This document shows, one piece after another, positions 14,588-29,570 of a DNA stretch of 64,000 nucleotides. Source of the stretch: the human T2T-CHM13v2.0 reference genome, Homo sapiens; NCBI RefSeq assembly GCF_009914755.1, contig NC_060933.1; one strand, 5' to 3'. The translations under genes and the position numbers were made by a program. The notes beneath the pieces are model-generated. The model ran no database searches, had not been told where the DNA came from, and worked only from the letters and a program-made list of their open reading frames with translations. Position 1 is the stretch's first letter. Each line of letters opens with the position of its first letter.

Positions 14588-15378
14588 GTCAGGGGGTGGT
14601 TGCTGGGATTTTTCTTGTGCAGGAGAAAGTAGGTGGGGGTTGGGAGTGAGGAGCAGGGGCTTGGACTCAATTCCATGTCCACGGAGATGCAGTGCTGAAA
14701 AGACTGCTGCCATTTGGAAGGCTCCTGGGGCCCCAGTAAGTTTAGCAAATGCTAAATATGACATACTCTGCCCTTCTTAGAAAAGTATTACCTTTTGGGA
14801 ACCTTAGAAGCTCTGGGAAGTCCTACAATAAAGACTTGTTTTACTTCACATACTTTTGAATAGCCCTTCCTGATGTCTCACAGAGCTGGTGTTCTGCGGA
14901 AAGGCAGCATTGCAGAAAAGGGCAGCCCAACTCGGTGACTCTGGGGAAAGACCCGCAGGCCCTGCCCCTGGGCTTCCTTCCTGCCATTTGCATGGAGTGT
15001 GTTTTCTGCTCTTGAGTGTGCTTGGAAGAATCAGCACAGCTGATTTCGGGATGATTGTTTTCCCAGCAGCCCTGCTGGGCAGGAGGGGACAGACTCACAG
15101 GGCCCTCACCAGCTCAAAGCGCTAGCAGTGCCCAGGTAGAGTGTAGGCCCAGCTTTCTCTATCTGCCTCAGAGGGAAACATGGACTGGCACACTGCTCCA
15201 CTGTGTGTGAGGCCCAGGAACCTTGGAAGGGCAAAGTCACCCACATTCCTTTTCCTTTCCTGAAGTTGGGAAGACATTCCGTGCATATGAGAATAGGATT
15301 GGATGTTCTTATTTTGCTTTTGGAGAAATTGTCTGAGAGTTTAATTTTGTTTCTCCTTTATTGCCACTGATTTTCTAG

Positions 15379-15510
15379 ATTACGGAACTTAATTTCGGAT
15401 TCTATGAAGGCGAAGATTACTGCATATGTGATCATACTTGCCTTGCACATACATGACTTCCAAATTGACCTGACAGTGTTACAGAGGGACTTGAAGCTCA
15501 GTGAGAAAAG
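15379..15510 (+). CDS. POLR1E: POLR1E exon 11 (LRNLISDSMKAKITAY...LKLSEK)
   Basis: ttctAG at 15377-15378, GTGAGC at 15511; 132 nt. Confidence 0.96.
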
Positions 15511-16708
15511 GTGAGCACAACAGAATAAAGAGCTCCCTGCAGGGTGTCTCGATGTCTTATTTCTGGTACCACTGGAAAGCATGAGGCACCACCAAGGGAA
15601 CTGAGGATGTTTAAATGTGGGAACAACTTGGAACTAAAGGACTATTTTCAATGAATGAATCATTGACTGAATGAGCAACTAGACATTACTGAGTGCCTTC
15701 TCTGTGCTAGATAAATTATGTCATTATCTCACTGATTTCCCTAGAAAACAATTGAAGAATCAGGCTCAGAAAAGTACATAACATTCTCAAGGTTACACAA
15801 CCAAGAGGGGAGTAGTTGGCCTTGAGACCTGAGCCTTTCCATAACATTCTGTTCTGAATAACCAGGCAGCCTCCATTCTCTGAATTGCTGTCACAGGGGA
15901 GAGGGATTCTGTATGGTTCTGAGGAGTGCAGCTCAGGGTGGAAGTTGTAGGACAACCCAATTTGAGCTTAGTAAGAAGAGCTTCCTCACAATCAGATGGA
16001 AGGGTTTGCCAGGGGAACCGCTGGTTCCAAGGCCAGGTGGAACTGCTGTTTGGCAGGGATTTTATGTTTGCACTTCTCTGACCCGACTGGGAGAGCTGGT
16101 GGTGGAGGTGACCTTTTAGGCTCCATCTAGCCTTGTAGAGGAGATTCAGACAGTAGGGGCAGAGCTGCCCAGGAACCTGAACTGTGAGGTCAGCTGATCT
16201 TTGTCAGTGATTTAGGGGCATCTGACATCCAGTGGCCCAGAGGGTGTCTAGGAGAGCCTGTGAACACACCTCTGTCTGGACTCTCTAGCAGTCCGTGGAG
16301 GGACTGTTCTGAGGGCTGTCCACAAACTGTGTTCCCACAGGCAGTGAGGCTGAAAAAAAGAGAACAGGTACTTGGAACCTGTCAGATTCTAGCAAGTGCT
16401 CAATCCTGGTTGCTAAAAGTTTGGTTATGGGAGGTAAAGAAAGTTGCTCACGGGGCTGTAGATACCCTGGTTTTTCATCACCCATATAGATCTTTTGAAG
16501 GGCATTAAAATGAAATTGGCTGTCTGATGGTTCCCAGCGGGTGAGGGGACCTTGCCTGCCTCTCTGCCAGGGGCTTTGTGCCTGCTGGCAACCTTTGGGA
16601 TTCTGTCTTTATGGCCTGGAGCATGAATGTGCTGCTACCTTTTGCCAAACCTCCCTGAACAGTCATGTTGAGGGGTCTCTCCAGTTCTTCTGTTTATGTC
16701 TTCCTTAG

Positions 16709-16868
16709 GATGATGGAGATAGCCAAAGCCATGAGGCTGAAGATCTCCAAAAGAAAGGTGTCTGTGGCCGCCGGCAGTGAAGAAGATCACAAACTGGGCA
16801 CCCTGTCCCTCCCGCTGCCTCCAGCCCAGACCTCAGACCGCCTGGCAAAGCGGAGGAAGATTACCTAG
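16709..16868 (+). CDS. POLR1E: POLR1E exon 12 coding part (MMEIAKAMRL...LAKRRKIT*)
   Basis: ccttAG at 16707-16708; TAG stop at 16866-16868; basic C-terminus KRRK. Confidence 0.96.
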
Positions 16869-16960
16869 ACGCATGCTTTCCAGACAGGGCGTTTTGGCTG
16901 CATCACAGCCACTGGCTGGTCCTATTCATTTCCATTTTTATGTATGTTTTGAAAAGAAAA

Positions 16961-17262
<302 letters not shown>

Positions 17263-17390
17263 AAGAAGCCTTGCTTTAGCACAGGTATGAAGCCAGAAGC
17301 CAGCATCTCAACTGTGCTTGTCTTATGCAGAAATATAAAGCGATGGCCAGGTTGGACTTCATCTCTCTCCTTTGGTATTATTGCTGTGAT

Positions 17391-17396
17391 TATAAA
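17391..17396 (+). terminator. POLR1E: Probable non-canonical POLR1E poly(A) signal TATAAA (cleavage near 17412)
   Basis: No AATAAA seen in the 3' UTR; TATAAA is followed about 15 nt later by CA and then GU-rich tgttggtt. Confidence 0.55.
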
Positions 17397-18049
17397 TGGC
17401 AGATGTTTCTCATGTTGGTTCACCTGTGGGGATTTGGGAGGGTGGGTCCTCCCTCCCAAAGTTGACTCACCAGGCTGAGTCAAATCTAATGGATGAAGGT
17501 TTCCAAAGAGAAATGTGAAGTGGCGTGCTTAGGTCTGGAAGGGCCAGTGGAGTACGCAGTGAGGAAGGAGGATCTGGCCCAGCACGCCTGGGAAATGACA
17601 CTTCAGGCTTTATCAGAAGCTAACTGGGTCACCAGTGTGATGGGGGCTGCCACAGGCCAGTAGGATACAGCCTGTTGTAATGGGGTGGAGCCAAGTCAGA
17701 GGAAGTGGTGACCCAATTTCTCTGTCTGGTGGAGGCCACATAGAAGGCAGGGGTCAGCTATGAAAGCCACACTTTGAAGAGGATGAATCAGTCAGTGTTC
17801 AGTTCAGAAAATCAATTGCTCTAGGTATCTTAAGAAGAATGGATTTTAATGTATGGATAAGGTGCTGTAGAATTGTGACAAGGGCCAGAGGACTGGGAAT
17901 CGGAAGGTTGCCGTCAGGACTGCTGAATTCAAGAACACACTGCCGGGGTTGCCATCGGGGACTCAGAAGCCACTTCTGCTCCATAACTGCTCCTGGAATT
18001 CATGCAGCTGAAGATTCAACACTGGGCTGCTGATTTCAGCTACCCATGC

Positions 18050-18362
18050 TTTCTTCTTTTTCTTTTTATTTTTTTGAGACAGAGTCTTGCTCTGTAGCCC
18101 AGGCTGGAGTGCAGTGGCACGATCTCGCTCACTGCTACCTCCGCCTCCCATGGCCTGGTTCAAGCAATTCTCCTGCCTCAGCCTCCTGAGTAGCTGGGAT
18201 TACAGGCATGCGCCACCATGCCCAGCTAATTTTTTTGCATTTTTAGTAGAGACAGGGTTTCACTGTGTTGGCCAGGCTGGTCTTGGACTCCTGACCTCAT
18301 GATCCACCCGCCTTGGCCTCCCAAGGTGCTGGGATTACAGGTATGAGCCACCGTGCCCAGCC
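18050..18362 (-). mobile_element. Alu
   Basis: Reverse Alu; TSD TACCC[A/G]TGCTTTC. Confidence 0.95.
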
Positions 18363-19145
18363 TACCCGTGCTTTCAAAGGTCCTGTATTTCCACCACTTT
18401 GTCACCACAGACAGCCAGAAGGTCAAGCAGCTGGCCTCCACCTTGCTTCCTTCTGGTGCGCATATATAGGAGCCTGATTAGCATGTAGAATCCTAGCAGA
18501 ATGGGAGTCTTTGAAATAGGTTTCAGCTCACCAGCCTCTAGTTACAGGAGGCATTCTAGAAGGACATGAGTGGATTATAACTGCCAACCAATTGTATGTG
18601 CCACTGAGGAGATGGAGAAGCTGTGTCCAGAGGGGTGCTATAAGGACAGGAGTGTGACACAGGAAGGCTTAGGTACGTGGCCTGGGCCCAGTCTCACATC
18701 TCAGGGTCCTGCTTCAAGTGGGAGCAGTTGAGATCTGTGACACTCAGCACCTGGGAGGCCGGGTCAGTGAAGGGAGGGAGACAGAACTCAGCTCCTCTGA
18801 GAGGAGAAGTTTACACAGCACCTGGGGCCCTCCATTTGGGAGTCACAGTGGAAAGGAGTCTTGGCTGAGCTTTGGGGCAGGTGCACCTTATTTTCTTTGC
18901 GGTCTGGGATGCCCTCAGAGCTGTGCTCCTCTGCTTTGTCCCCATCTGCCTCTGGCCCTGGGTAGGAGGCACTTGGAGCATACTTTGTCTTCCTTCAGCA
19001 GAGGTGTGGGCAGGGAATCTACTTGTCTCTTGTTTTCCTTTAAGCCGTTGTGAAAATCAAGTATGTGACTCTTCCTTGGAAAAAATAATCTCTCAGAAAA
19101 GGACTTCTAATACATCCTCAGGGTAGAATGTGTTTCCGTGATTAC

Positions 19146-19427
<282 letters not shown>

Positions 19428-19599
19428 TTTTGTGATTACTTTTAAAATTCAGCTGGGTTTGACACTTGGAGGCTTAATTTCTGGGAATGACTGGACACAG
19501 CATGTGGCTGGGACCCTCTGAACAACCTCTGACCTAGTGGAGAAGCAGGTGGTAATGACTGTAGGTATGGATAGGGAAAGACTAGGCGGGCAAATACTT

Positions 19600-20170
19600 G
19601 TCGTGTGTCAACAGGTGTATTTTGCTAAATGTCGGGGACACATTCCAAGAGGCTAAAAAGCAAATTTCTGTACATTAGGAGATTTGTGAGTCCTTAGGAA
19701 AGGCTCAGAAGAGGGCTCCACCTAGCACAATACCTGACATAGAAAGTGGTCAGTGTCTGCAGAATGAGTCGGCATGAACCGTACTTTCCTTGGCAGGGTT
19801 ATTAGGTGGTAAATACCTGCAGAATAATGGGATTGTACTAGGGTTTCTTCTGGCTTTAGAAACCCATTTGTTTACTAATAGATTCCCAGAGGATACCTTG
19901 ATCTCACCAAGCTATTTGCCAGAATGTCTCCTGATGGCCTCATTGAAGAAAGGGGGACTATGAGCCAGATGCTGGTGCCCTGAAGATTTGTAGTTTGTGG
20001 GATAGTCTTAACTTGGCAGGGTTTGATTAACAGAATGAAGTCTGTTCCTTAGAGGGAAGTCTTTGCTTGCTGCCCTGACCTGCTGGACACTGTTAATTGG
20101 GATGAGGTCAAAGAAGGCATAGTTACCACATTTGCAGGAGACCCTAACCTGGAAATAGTAAATTACATAA
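19600..20170 (+). mobile_element. Ancient L3/CR1 LINE reverse-transcriptase remnant (probably continues about 21470-22230)
   Basis: Degenerate YLDLTKLF.. (CR1 YLDFSKAFD) and ..FAGDPNL (FADDTKL) motifs in order. Confidence 0.6.
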
Positions 20171-20179
20171 CATTCTTTC

Positions 20180-21230
20180 AAGTGTCTCCTCTTTTAAAAA
20201 AGTATTTTGATATAGTTTCACACAGAGAAAACTTGCAAGAACTCTTGTATATCCTTTACCCAGATTCTCCAACTGTCAATACTTTGTCCCATTTACTATT
20301 TGCTTTAGACATTTTGAGATTTGTTTTTGAACCATTTGAGGAAAACATCCTACCCTTCTACCCATAAGTACTTTTTCAGTGTGTACATCTTAAGAATCAG
20401 GACTTTCTCTTCCATAACCACAGTCCATCAGATGCAGGAAATAAGACAATAATACAATACTATGACTTAGCCCACAGTTCATGTTCAAATCTTACCGATC
20501 ACCATGCCTCTTTGGTCTTGCTTAATCTGAAACAGTTCAGATTTTTATTGGACTTTCTCGGCTTTGACATTTTGGAGAGTGAGGTGTTATTCTTTAGGGT
20601 GTCTGTCAGTTTACATTTGGGGCTTTCCCGTGATCGGATTCAGGATTTACATTTTTGGCAGGAACAGCACAGAAATGATGCTGTGACCCACGTGCATCAC
20701 ATTAGGGGCCCATGATGTGGGACTGCGCTTTCCTTGCTGCTGTTAACTTTTATCAGTTAAGGTTGTGTTTTCCCCATTGTGAAGATACTGTTTTTCCTTT
20801 TAATAAGTAATTTGTGGAGGGATGCTTTGAAACTAAGTATCCTGTTCCTCATCAAACTTTCACCTACTAGTTTCAGCCTCAACTGATGATTCTTGCTGAA
20901 TCAATTACCAAGATGGTTGCAAAATGGTGATTTTGCAACATTATCGTTTCTTCTAATTATTGGCATGCTCTTATAAGGCAGAGTTTGTTTTCTCGACCTT
21001 AGAAGTTTTGTGTTCATTTAGTTATTGGCATAGACTCAAGAGTCTTGTGTTCTATGTGGAGTCTGTTACTGTGATTCCTTGTGATGTCCAGATTGTATGT
21101 ATTTGGCCAATCTTGAGTTCCTTCAGGAAACCTCCTGGATCCCATCATTTTAAGGGTGCTTCCTTACTTTCTAGCATGAGATATTCCAGGCCTACCTTGT
21201 ACTTTCCCTGCTGCAGCCCTGGAGTCAGTC
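20180..21230 (-). mobile_element. Old L1M (L1MC/MD-like) 3' fragment
   Basis: T-rich sequence resembling an L1M 3' UTR. Confidence 0.5.
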
Positions 21231-21231
21231 T

Positions 21232-21389
21232 TTTGTTGTGGTTTTGCTTTTTAGAGACAGGGTCTTGCTCTGTCGCTCAGGCTGGAGAGCGGTGGTGCAG
21301 TCAGCTCACTCCACTCCTGGGCTCAAGCCATCCTCCTGCCTCAGCCTCCTGAGTAGCTAGGACTATAGGCATGCACCACCACGCCCAGC
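21232..21389 (-). mobile_element. Alu right monomer
   Basis: Reverse Alu half. Confidence 0.88.
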
Positions 21390-23204
21390 TTTGAATCCGT
21401 CTTTTATCCAAGGAGCTCTGGCCTTTAGCGGAGAATAGCGGATGACATGAATGATGGGCCTGAAGCAGGAAGTGAAATGCAATCCTGACCACCAGACAGA
21501 TGGGATCTTCAGCTGCACTCAGGCAAGAACTAGGCTCGGGGTAGAGGTGACAGCTCTGTGATGGGGAGCTCAGGCTGCACCAGGAGGCCATGCTAGGTTT
21601 GACTTCATTTAAAAAGCACACTACACAGCTGACGGGCTCAGGAGCTCCATGAAGGGCACCCTGCAGAGGTCTGGAGGGTAGTGAGAAGGTACCAATGGGG
21701 CGAGCATGCCTGTGTCGGGAGGCTGATCCGGGTAGGAATAAGCCCAGCATGCCCCACATGAGCCCACCATGAGGAAGCATTTGGAGAGAAAGCTTGCTCT
21801 GTGTTGTCAGAAGGGAGATTGAAGAAGGTGGGCCCAGGGGTGCTGTTGACAGTATAGGCTCATGTGCTGTTCCAAGGCTCATCTCTGGCTCTTGCCTGGT
21901 CTGGCCATACCATGTCCACATCCGCTGTACTTAGGACTTCCTCTGGGCACCAGGGCAGTGGCCTCACCAAGACCTGGAGGCCTAGATGATGAAATCATAC
22001 TGGTGTTTGCTGTGCTTGTACATTCCCATCAGCAGACATCCGTGTTTGGGCCTGACTGGCCAACAGGGAAGTCCAGGGAGGACACAGTATAAGCTGCTTG
22101 GGTAGAGGTCAGCTGGAACCTCTTGTGAACTCTGCACCAGAGTGAAGCCTTCACCCATGGCAGTATTCCTGTGGGTGGGAGGGAAGCTACTGCAGACTGA
22201 AAGCAAATGATTCCAAGGAAACACAGTACTTTAGAGAATTCTCTTTAGATCCGTGAGTGCTGCCCATGGAGCTGGGCCATTCCTCCTGAGATACAGGACA
22301 GGACGCCTCAACTCTGCTTCTTTGGGCTCTCCCAGACCTACCCAGGCCACTGGAGTGAGTCTAGAGAAATGACCAGGGTGGTGAAGAGACACCCTGCAAA
22401 CTGGCACATACGAGAGGAACCCAGGAGGGCAGCAGACCCCAGGGGGATGAGGGTGCTGCCTGCAAATCTCTGAAGAGTTGTCACAGAACAGAGTGAAGAG
22501 ATGTCCTTTGGGGGCCCCAGGAGGTAGAGATTCTGGGAATGAGGTTGGGTTTGTTTCCTCATTTGTCTGCCTGTCTGTCCGCCATCCATCCAACACTTAG
22601 TGAGCTTTGCTCTGTGCTGGGCATAGAGAATCAACAGTGAACAAGATGGGCAAAGTCCCTGCCCTCAACCAACAGACTGAAAAGAGAGGATTCAGTGCCA
22701 TCTGCAGGTGGCATGTGGCTGAGTGGGCACAGGAGCATGGAGAAGGCGCAGTTAACTGTTATTTGTAGAGACAGGGGAAGGTGTTCCATAGAAGTAGTGA
22801 CTAAGGAGCTTCTGAAGGAGGGGTAGAATTTAGCGAGGGAGAGAGACTTTGGCTCAATTAAGTAAAAAGTTAGATGGGCTCAGTTTTCTTGGGCAAGTCT
22901 GGCCTGTTGTGCAAAGCACCCGCACTCCCTGACTCTTCCCCAAACACAAGAGCTAAGGTGGGTGTTCTGTTCCTCCCACTTCTGCCTCCAAATGACCTGG
23001 AGGGAATTTGTGTCCCAGCTGTTCCCTTCCCTGCCACCTTTGCTCCAGGTAATAGCCCTCCTCACACCTCTCCACATCTGATAGGGAACTTTCCCCTGCC
23101 GGATCTCAGGAGCATCAGCACTCCCAGCCTCCAAAATGGGGACAATGAGCTCACCAAGTCAATGTTTAATACATTATTGACAGAACTTACGATGATTTTA
23201 GGTG

Positions 23205-23580
23205 GCTCAGGGATGTAGTAAAGTACTTGTGTTCTGCTGGTTAGGCTAAGCTGAAGTGACAAATGGCCCTCAAATGTCTGGTTTCAACAAAAGTTCATTT
23301 GCTTTTGTTGAATGTCTGGCACATGTCTGTCAGCCAGCAGGCACCTGGGACCCTGCTCCGGGTTAGCTTCACCCCGGGACTCGGGCTGCCATGTCTGACA
23401 CGTGGTGGTCCACTGGCAGAGGGACACACGATCGGGGCAAGTTCTGCTGGCCCTTAAAGCTTCTACCCAGAAGTGACCATTAACCACTTCTGCCTACATT
23501 CACTGGGCAAATCAGGTCCCATGGCAACGTGAGAGGGCATGTACTCTCCCTGAGGGGCAGCAAACAGTAACTACCAAAAC
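23205..23580 (-). mobile_element. MLT1-type MaLR LTR
   Basis: GTTAGGCTAAGCTG..GTGACAAA..CCCTCAAAT; CCCAGAAGTGAC..CACTTCTGCCTACATT. Confidence 0.55.
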
Positions 23581-23723
23581 CAATGAATATTTTCATTTTA
23601 ATAGTTTAATGTATGTTTATAGTAATATAAAAAGTCTTTTCAGTGTGTGAAAAAAAGACATGTTGTAGGATGGGATCCTGGAATGGAAAAAGGACATTAG
23701 GTAACAAACTAAAGAAATCTGAG

Positions 23724-24023
23724 GCCAGGCACAGTGGCTCATGTTTGTAATCCCAGCACTTTGGGGGATTGAAGCAGGCGGATCACTTGAGCCCAGGAGT
23801 TTGAGACCAGGCTAGGCAACATGGCAAAACCCCGTCTCTACAAAAAAATACATAAATTAGCCAGGCGTGGTGGTGCATGCCTGTAGTCCCAGCTGCTCAG
23901 GAGGCTGAGGTGGGAGGATCACCTGAGTGAGCCTGGGGAGGTCAAGGCTGCAGTGAACCATGATCACACCACTGCACTCTAGCCTGGGCAACAGAGTGAG
24001 ATCCCGTTTCAAAAAGAAAAAAA
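23724..24023 (+). mobile_element. AluJ inside an L1M fragment (about 23650-24220)
   Basis: Alu consensus; TSD AAATCTGA. Confidence 0.92.
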
Positions 24024-24581
24024 TCTGAATAAACTATGGACTTTAGTTAATAATGTGCCAGTACTAGTTTATGAATTTTTACAAATGTACACTGATAGCA
24101 TAAGATGTTAATAACACAGAAACTCGGGGGTGGCAAGGGTGATATGGGAACTCTAGTAATCATCTGTCTGCTCAATTTTTCTGCATATTTAAAACTTCTA
24201 AAAATTAAGTAGATTTAAAGAAAAAAGTACTAACTTCTCAGGTGACATATGGATATAGCAAAAATTCTAAGATGCTGAGTAAGTGAAGTTGGGGAAGTGT
24301 GCTCCGGGGTCTGAGGTCCCTAAGCTGACAGTCCAGTGATCCATGGGGACGGCCTGTTTCTGTTGTCTTCACAGAGCAGGCAGGAGTGGAATTATAGCCC
24401 GATTGAGCCCTTCAGCCCTATATCTGGAACTGTCACAGGAACAAGCTGACCCAACAAGATGGCCCCAGGATTCTCCTGTCTCTTTCAGAGGAAACAGTGC
24501 TGGGCCTGGCCAGCTGGGAGCCCCAGTATATGCCCAGACTAAGGAAAGGCTTCCAAAAGTGCCTTTTTTAAAATATAGAAC

Positions 24582-24587
24582 TTTATT
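24582..24587 (-). terminator. FBXO10: FBXO10 poly(A) signal AATAAA (3' UTR about 24560-26214)
   Basis: TTTATT on the + strand about 1.63 kb past the stop codon, at the end of a repeat-free stretch. Confidence 0.7.
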
Positions 24588-26214
24588 TTGGTTACTGAGG
24601 TTTTTGTTACTGTTGGTTCACAGAAAAGTCATTTCTTAGAAAATAGTAACGGCAGCATTTTTTACAGCGACTCACATTGGGGCCACCAAACAAGTGCAAA
24701 GGACAGTGCCAGGGATAGAAGAGGCCAGTACTCTTGTGCCCAGTGTTCTCAGGGAGAACCCAGTGCTCCTGGCTCCCTCTACCCCCTCCCATCCCACCCA
24801 ACAGAGCAGCACCTAGGGCCAATAGAACCAGCCACGCAGCCAAGTGCACGACAGTGACCCCAGCAGGCTGGTGAAGGCCCCACAGGAAAGGCCGAGTGGG
24901 AGGGGATTGTTCAGGTTGAGCTGGCCCTGCATCCAGCCCTCTTCCTCAGGCAGTGGGGTCTGACCTCACCTGGCTTTGGGACTTGGACATATTCACAGTA
25001 CGGTTCAGTAAAGTCCTCTGGGAGCTGGCCTTCCTCTCCTCACTCAGGCCACTAATCCTACCCCAACCCCAGGCTGGATCTGGGGACACACAGTCAGAAG
25101 TGGCCCTACCTACGGGGAGCACACAGGTGAGTGGGGGGTCAGGCAATGGACCCAGATAGCTCCAGGACAAGGCAGAAAGTGCTCAGTACCCTGAGAGGGA
25201 GCAGAGAAAGGCCACTGAGGCCCAGAGGGGGAAAGAGGGCAGGGAGAGCTATGTGGAGGTGGCAGTGTCTCGGCTAAACCTTGAGGAACGAGGACACGGA
25301 GATGGGGGAGAAGGGCATGCCGGGAGGAGGAAAGAGCATGAGCCAAGGCACAGAGTGGGGAGGCTTGGGAGGGTCAGTAAAGACCAGCGCTCATCCATGA
25401 GAACACAGATGCGAACGAGAGGCCCAGGTACCCTCATCTGAACAGGCTGATGCTCAGGAGGGGCGGCTGGTGTGGGCACGCTCACATGGGGTTTGAATCC
25501 TTCTGCATTTGGGAGCTCTCTGGGGATGGAGTAGAGCCTTGTGCATCCCTGCCCACCCAGCCTAGCATCTGCCTGCACGCTGCAGCCCCACCTGTTTCAG
25601 CATGTCCCTCTTGTCATCCCTGGGGCAGCCTTTCCATGGGGTCTCCTGTTGCTCCCAGGTCCTTCCTTCCTCCCAGGTCCATGTCCAAGTCCTCAAGTCA
25701 ACCAAACTCAACTCCTCCAGCCTCCAGAGACAGCTGGGAGGGTGTGGTGGGGTCCCTGGAGGGATTGAGAGGGAGACAGCTCTAGCAAAGGGGAAAATTC
25801 TGGAGCAGTTGTCTCTCTCCACCTCACTAGAATCACTTCCCGCCATCAGAAGTAAATCTGCTCTTTCCTGAGAAGAGTCTGGGTTTGGTGTGTGTAAAAC
25901 ACAGTTCCTTAGAACTCAGAGAAAATCCTGACCAAAAGCTTCAGCATTTGAGCTTCCCCCGCTCTTCACAATCTTTATAGACTTCGAGTGACTGGAAACC
26001 CACCAGCTTCTATCCCTTCTCCCTGAAAAACATTGCCCACTTTCTTCTTGCTATGGGCTGTGGAGCTGAAGTGTTCTGGAGGTACCGTGTTTTGGAGGCC
26101 CGGGACCCATTTGTTCGAGGGGGAGGGGGAGGGGCGGAGTCTTTTCAGGCAGTATTTCCACCTTAGCTCCTCTGAGCACCCATCCAGGCTTGGCCCTGAA
26201 GCAGGTCTGTGTCC

Positions 26215-26389
26215 TCACAGGATGGTGCAGAAGACACTGCGGTTGCTGTGGTAACCACCTTCCACCCGGGCTGTGATCCTCGTTGCCATGGCTGTCACCT
26301 TCTGCCCATTGTGGGCTGCCGAGGGACGTCTGAGAGAATTTTCAAGGTGGGGCCGTGCTGGTGGGTTCACCAGGCGCCACGTATCAGAC
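26215..26389 (-). CDS. FBXO10: FBXO10 exon 11 coding part (SDTWRLVNPPARPH...SVFCTIL*)
   Basis: ccAG acceptor; TGA at 26217-26215; exon lengths sum to 2871 nt = 956 aa + stop. Confidence 0.96.
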
Positions 26390-26564
26390 CTGGAGGTGCA
26401 AAACAAAAGTCAGTGAACTTCTGAGGGGTGTGCAGTGCTGGCTGAATGCCCTGCACAGTCTTAACTTGGGTTCCAGATTGGTGGATCCAGGTGTTTAAAT
26501 CTGGGTGTAGGTTTTATCTTCCAGTTTAGTGTTAGTCCAAAGAGGTGGGCTGTTGAGAAACTAA

Positions 26565-27666
<1,102 letters not shown>

Positions 27667-28187
27667 TAAAATGATAGTGAAGCTGTGGTCAGAGTTTTCT
27701 GATGCTTGAGTTACAAGGAACCAACTTTACACACTAAGTCTCCATTTGCTTAAGGCAACACATTGTCTTATATGTATTTTTATGATAATGATGTTACAAT
27801 GAAAGGACTGGAAAGGTGTGGACGGAATCAGAGGTTGGCTACTAGCATGTGAATAAAAAGGCCTAAGCTATGTTGGGAGGACTGTATGTATTTGAGTTTG
27901 GCAGCAGGGGAGCACTACTGAAAAGGAGTGATGAAATGAGAGGCTGGAAAAGACAATTAGGACCTCAGGGTACACAGCGGACAATACCAGAGCTGGCATT
28001 GGCAAAGTCCGGGCTGTATCCTGTACCCTGGGGTCTCCAAAGGGAAGGAGGAGGTGGATCCCAGGGAGTCCACAATATAATCTGCTGGGATATTGGAAGA
28101 AAATACTAGAATTTTGGTTTTTTTTAACTGTATACTTTAAAATTTTCTATTTTGGGGATAGTTTATAATGTAAATAATATACTGCTA

Positions 28188-28633
<446 letters not shown>

Positions 28634-29570
28634 TTAAACCATGGATGTGATGTGACTGACCAGAGCTCTCACTTAGAAAGATTAACCTGGCAGGATGCAT
28701 GGGACAACCTCCAGAGTGGAGCAGGGGGTGGCCACGGGCAGGGAGACTGGCAGGAGGCTGCTGCAGGGGGACAGGTGACATTGGCGGTGCAGGAGTGATA
28801 CCAACTACAGCAAATATCAGTATGATTTTACAACCAGAATGTGAAAGCGAAAGCACGGACCAATCAGAACACAGCCCAAGCAGAAGCAACTGGAACAGCT
28901 GTGCATTGCAGTAACACAGGCGGTACAGGTTAGGGTGAGCGGTGCTGAGACCTGAATTAGGATGGGGGCAGTTGGGGAAGAGGAGGTGCTGGAAAAAGGA
29001 ACATTTTAGAAGCAGAATCAACAAGACCTGGTGACTGACTGACTGGACATCTTCGGATTAGGGAGAAAAAGGCAGCAGAAGTTTTGTTGTCAGAACACTG
29101 AGTGGATGGTGATGTCGCTGAAATGGAGAACGTGAAAGGACAGAGAGGTTTGAGGAAGATGGGTGGCGGCAATTGTGATACATTGAGGCAGAGTGACTAA
29201 AGGACAGCAGCAGCATCAACTAACATTTTTACAGCCCCTCAGAGATTCAGCCAGATAGTGTGATCTTATTAAATGGATTTTACTAAGGCTCGAAGATGTG
29301 AAGTAAGTTGCCCAAGGTCACACAGCCAGTAACCTGCAGAGCTGAGATCTGAAACCACATACCCCTGACTCTTAAAAAGCTTGTTCCCTCCTGGGGAGTC
29401 CTCAGCCCGGGCCTGACATAGAGCCAGGCACAGGCCTTTTTCTGACTGGAGTCGACAGCTGGCAGGGTTGCAGGGAGCCCGGGCAGCCACAATCCCTGGG
29501 TGTGGGCCTGGCTTCTTCAGGGAGCTTACTGTGGCTCTAGAGGACTCGTCAGGCAACCCCAAGCACTCAC

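Noticed and set aside
21301-21921. 206-aa ORF on the - strand, the longest non-exonic ORF
   Set aside because: Runs antisense through L3-like remnants and ends in Alu sequence; no domain-like features or splice context
22874-23218. 114-aa intergenic ORF with ATG start
   Set aside because: No recognisable homology; the 3' part overlaps MIR/MLT-like repeat sequence; length is compatible with chance
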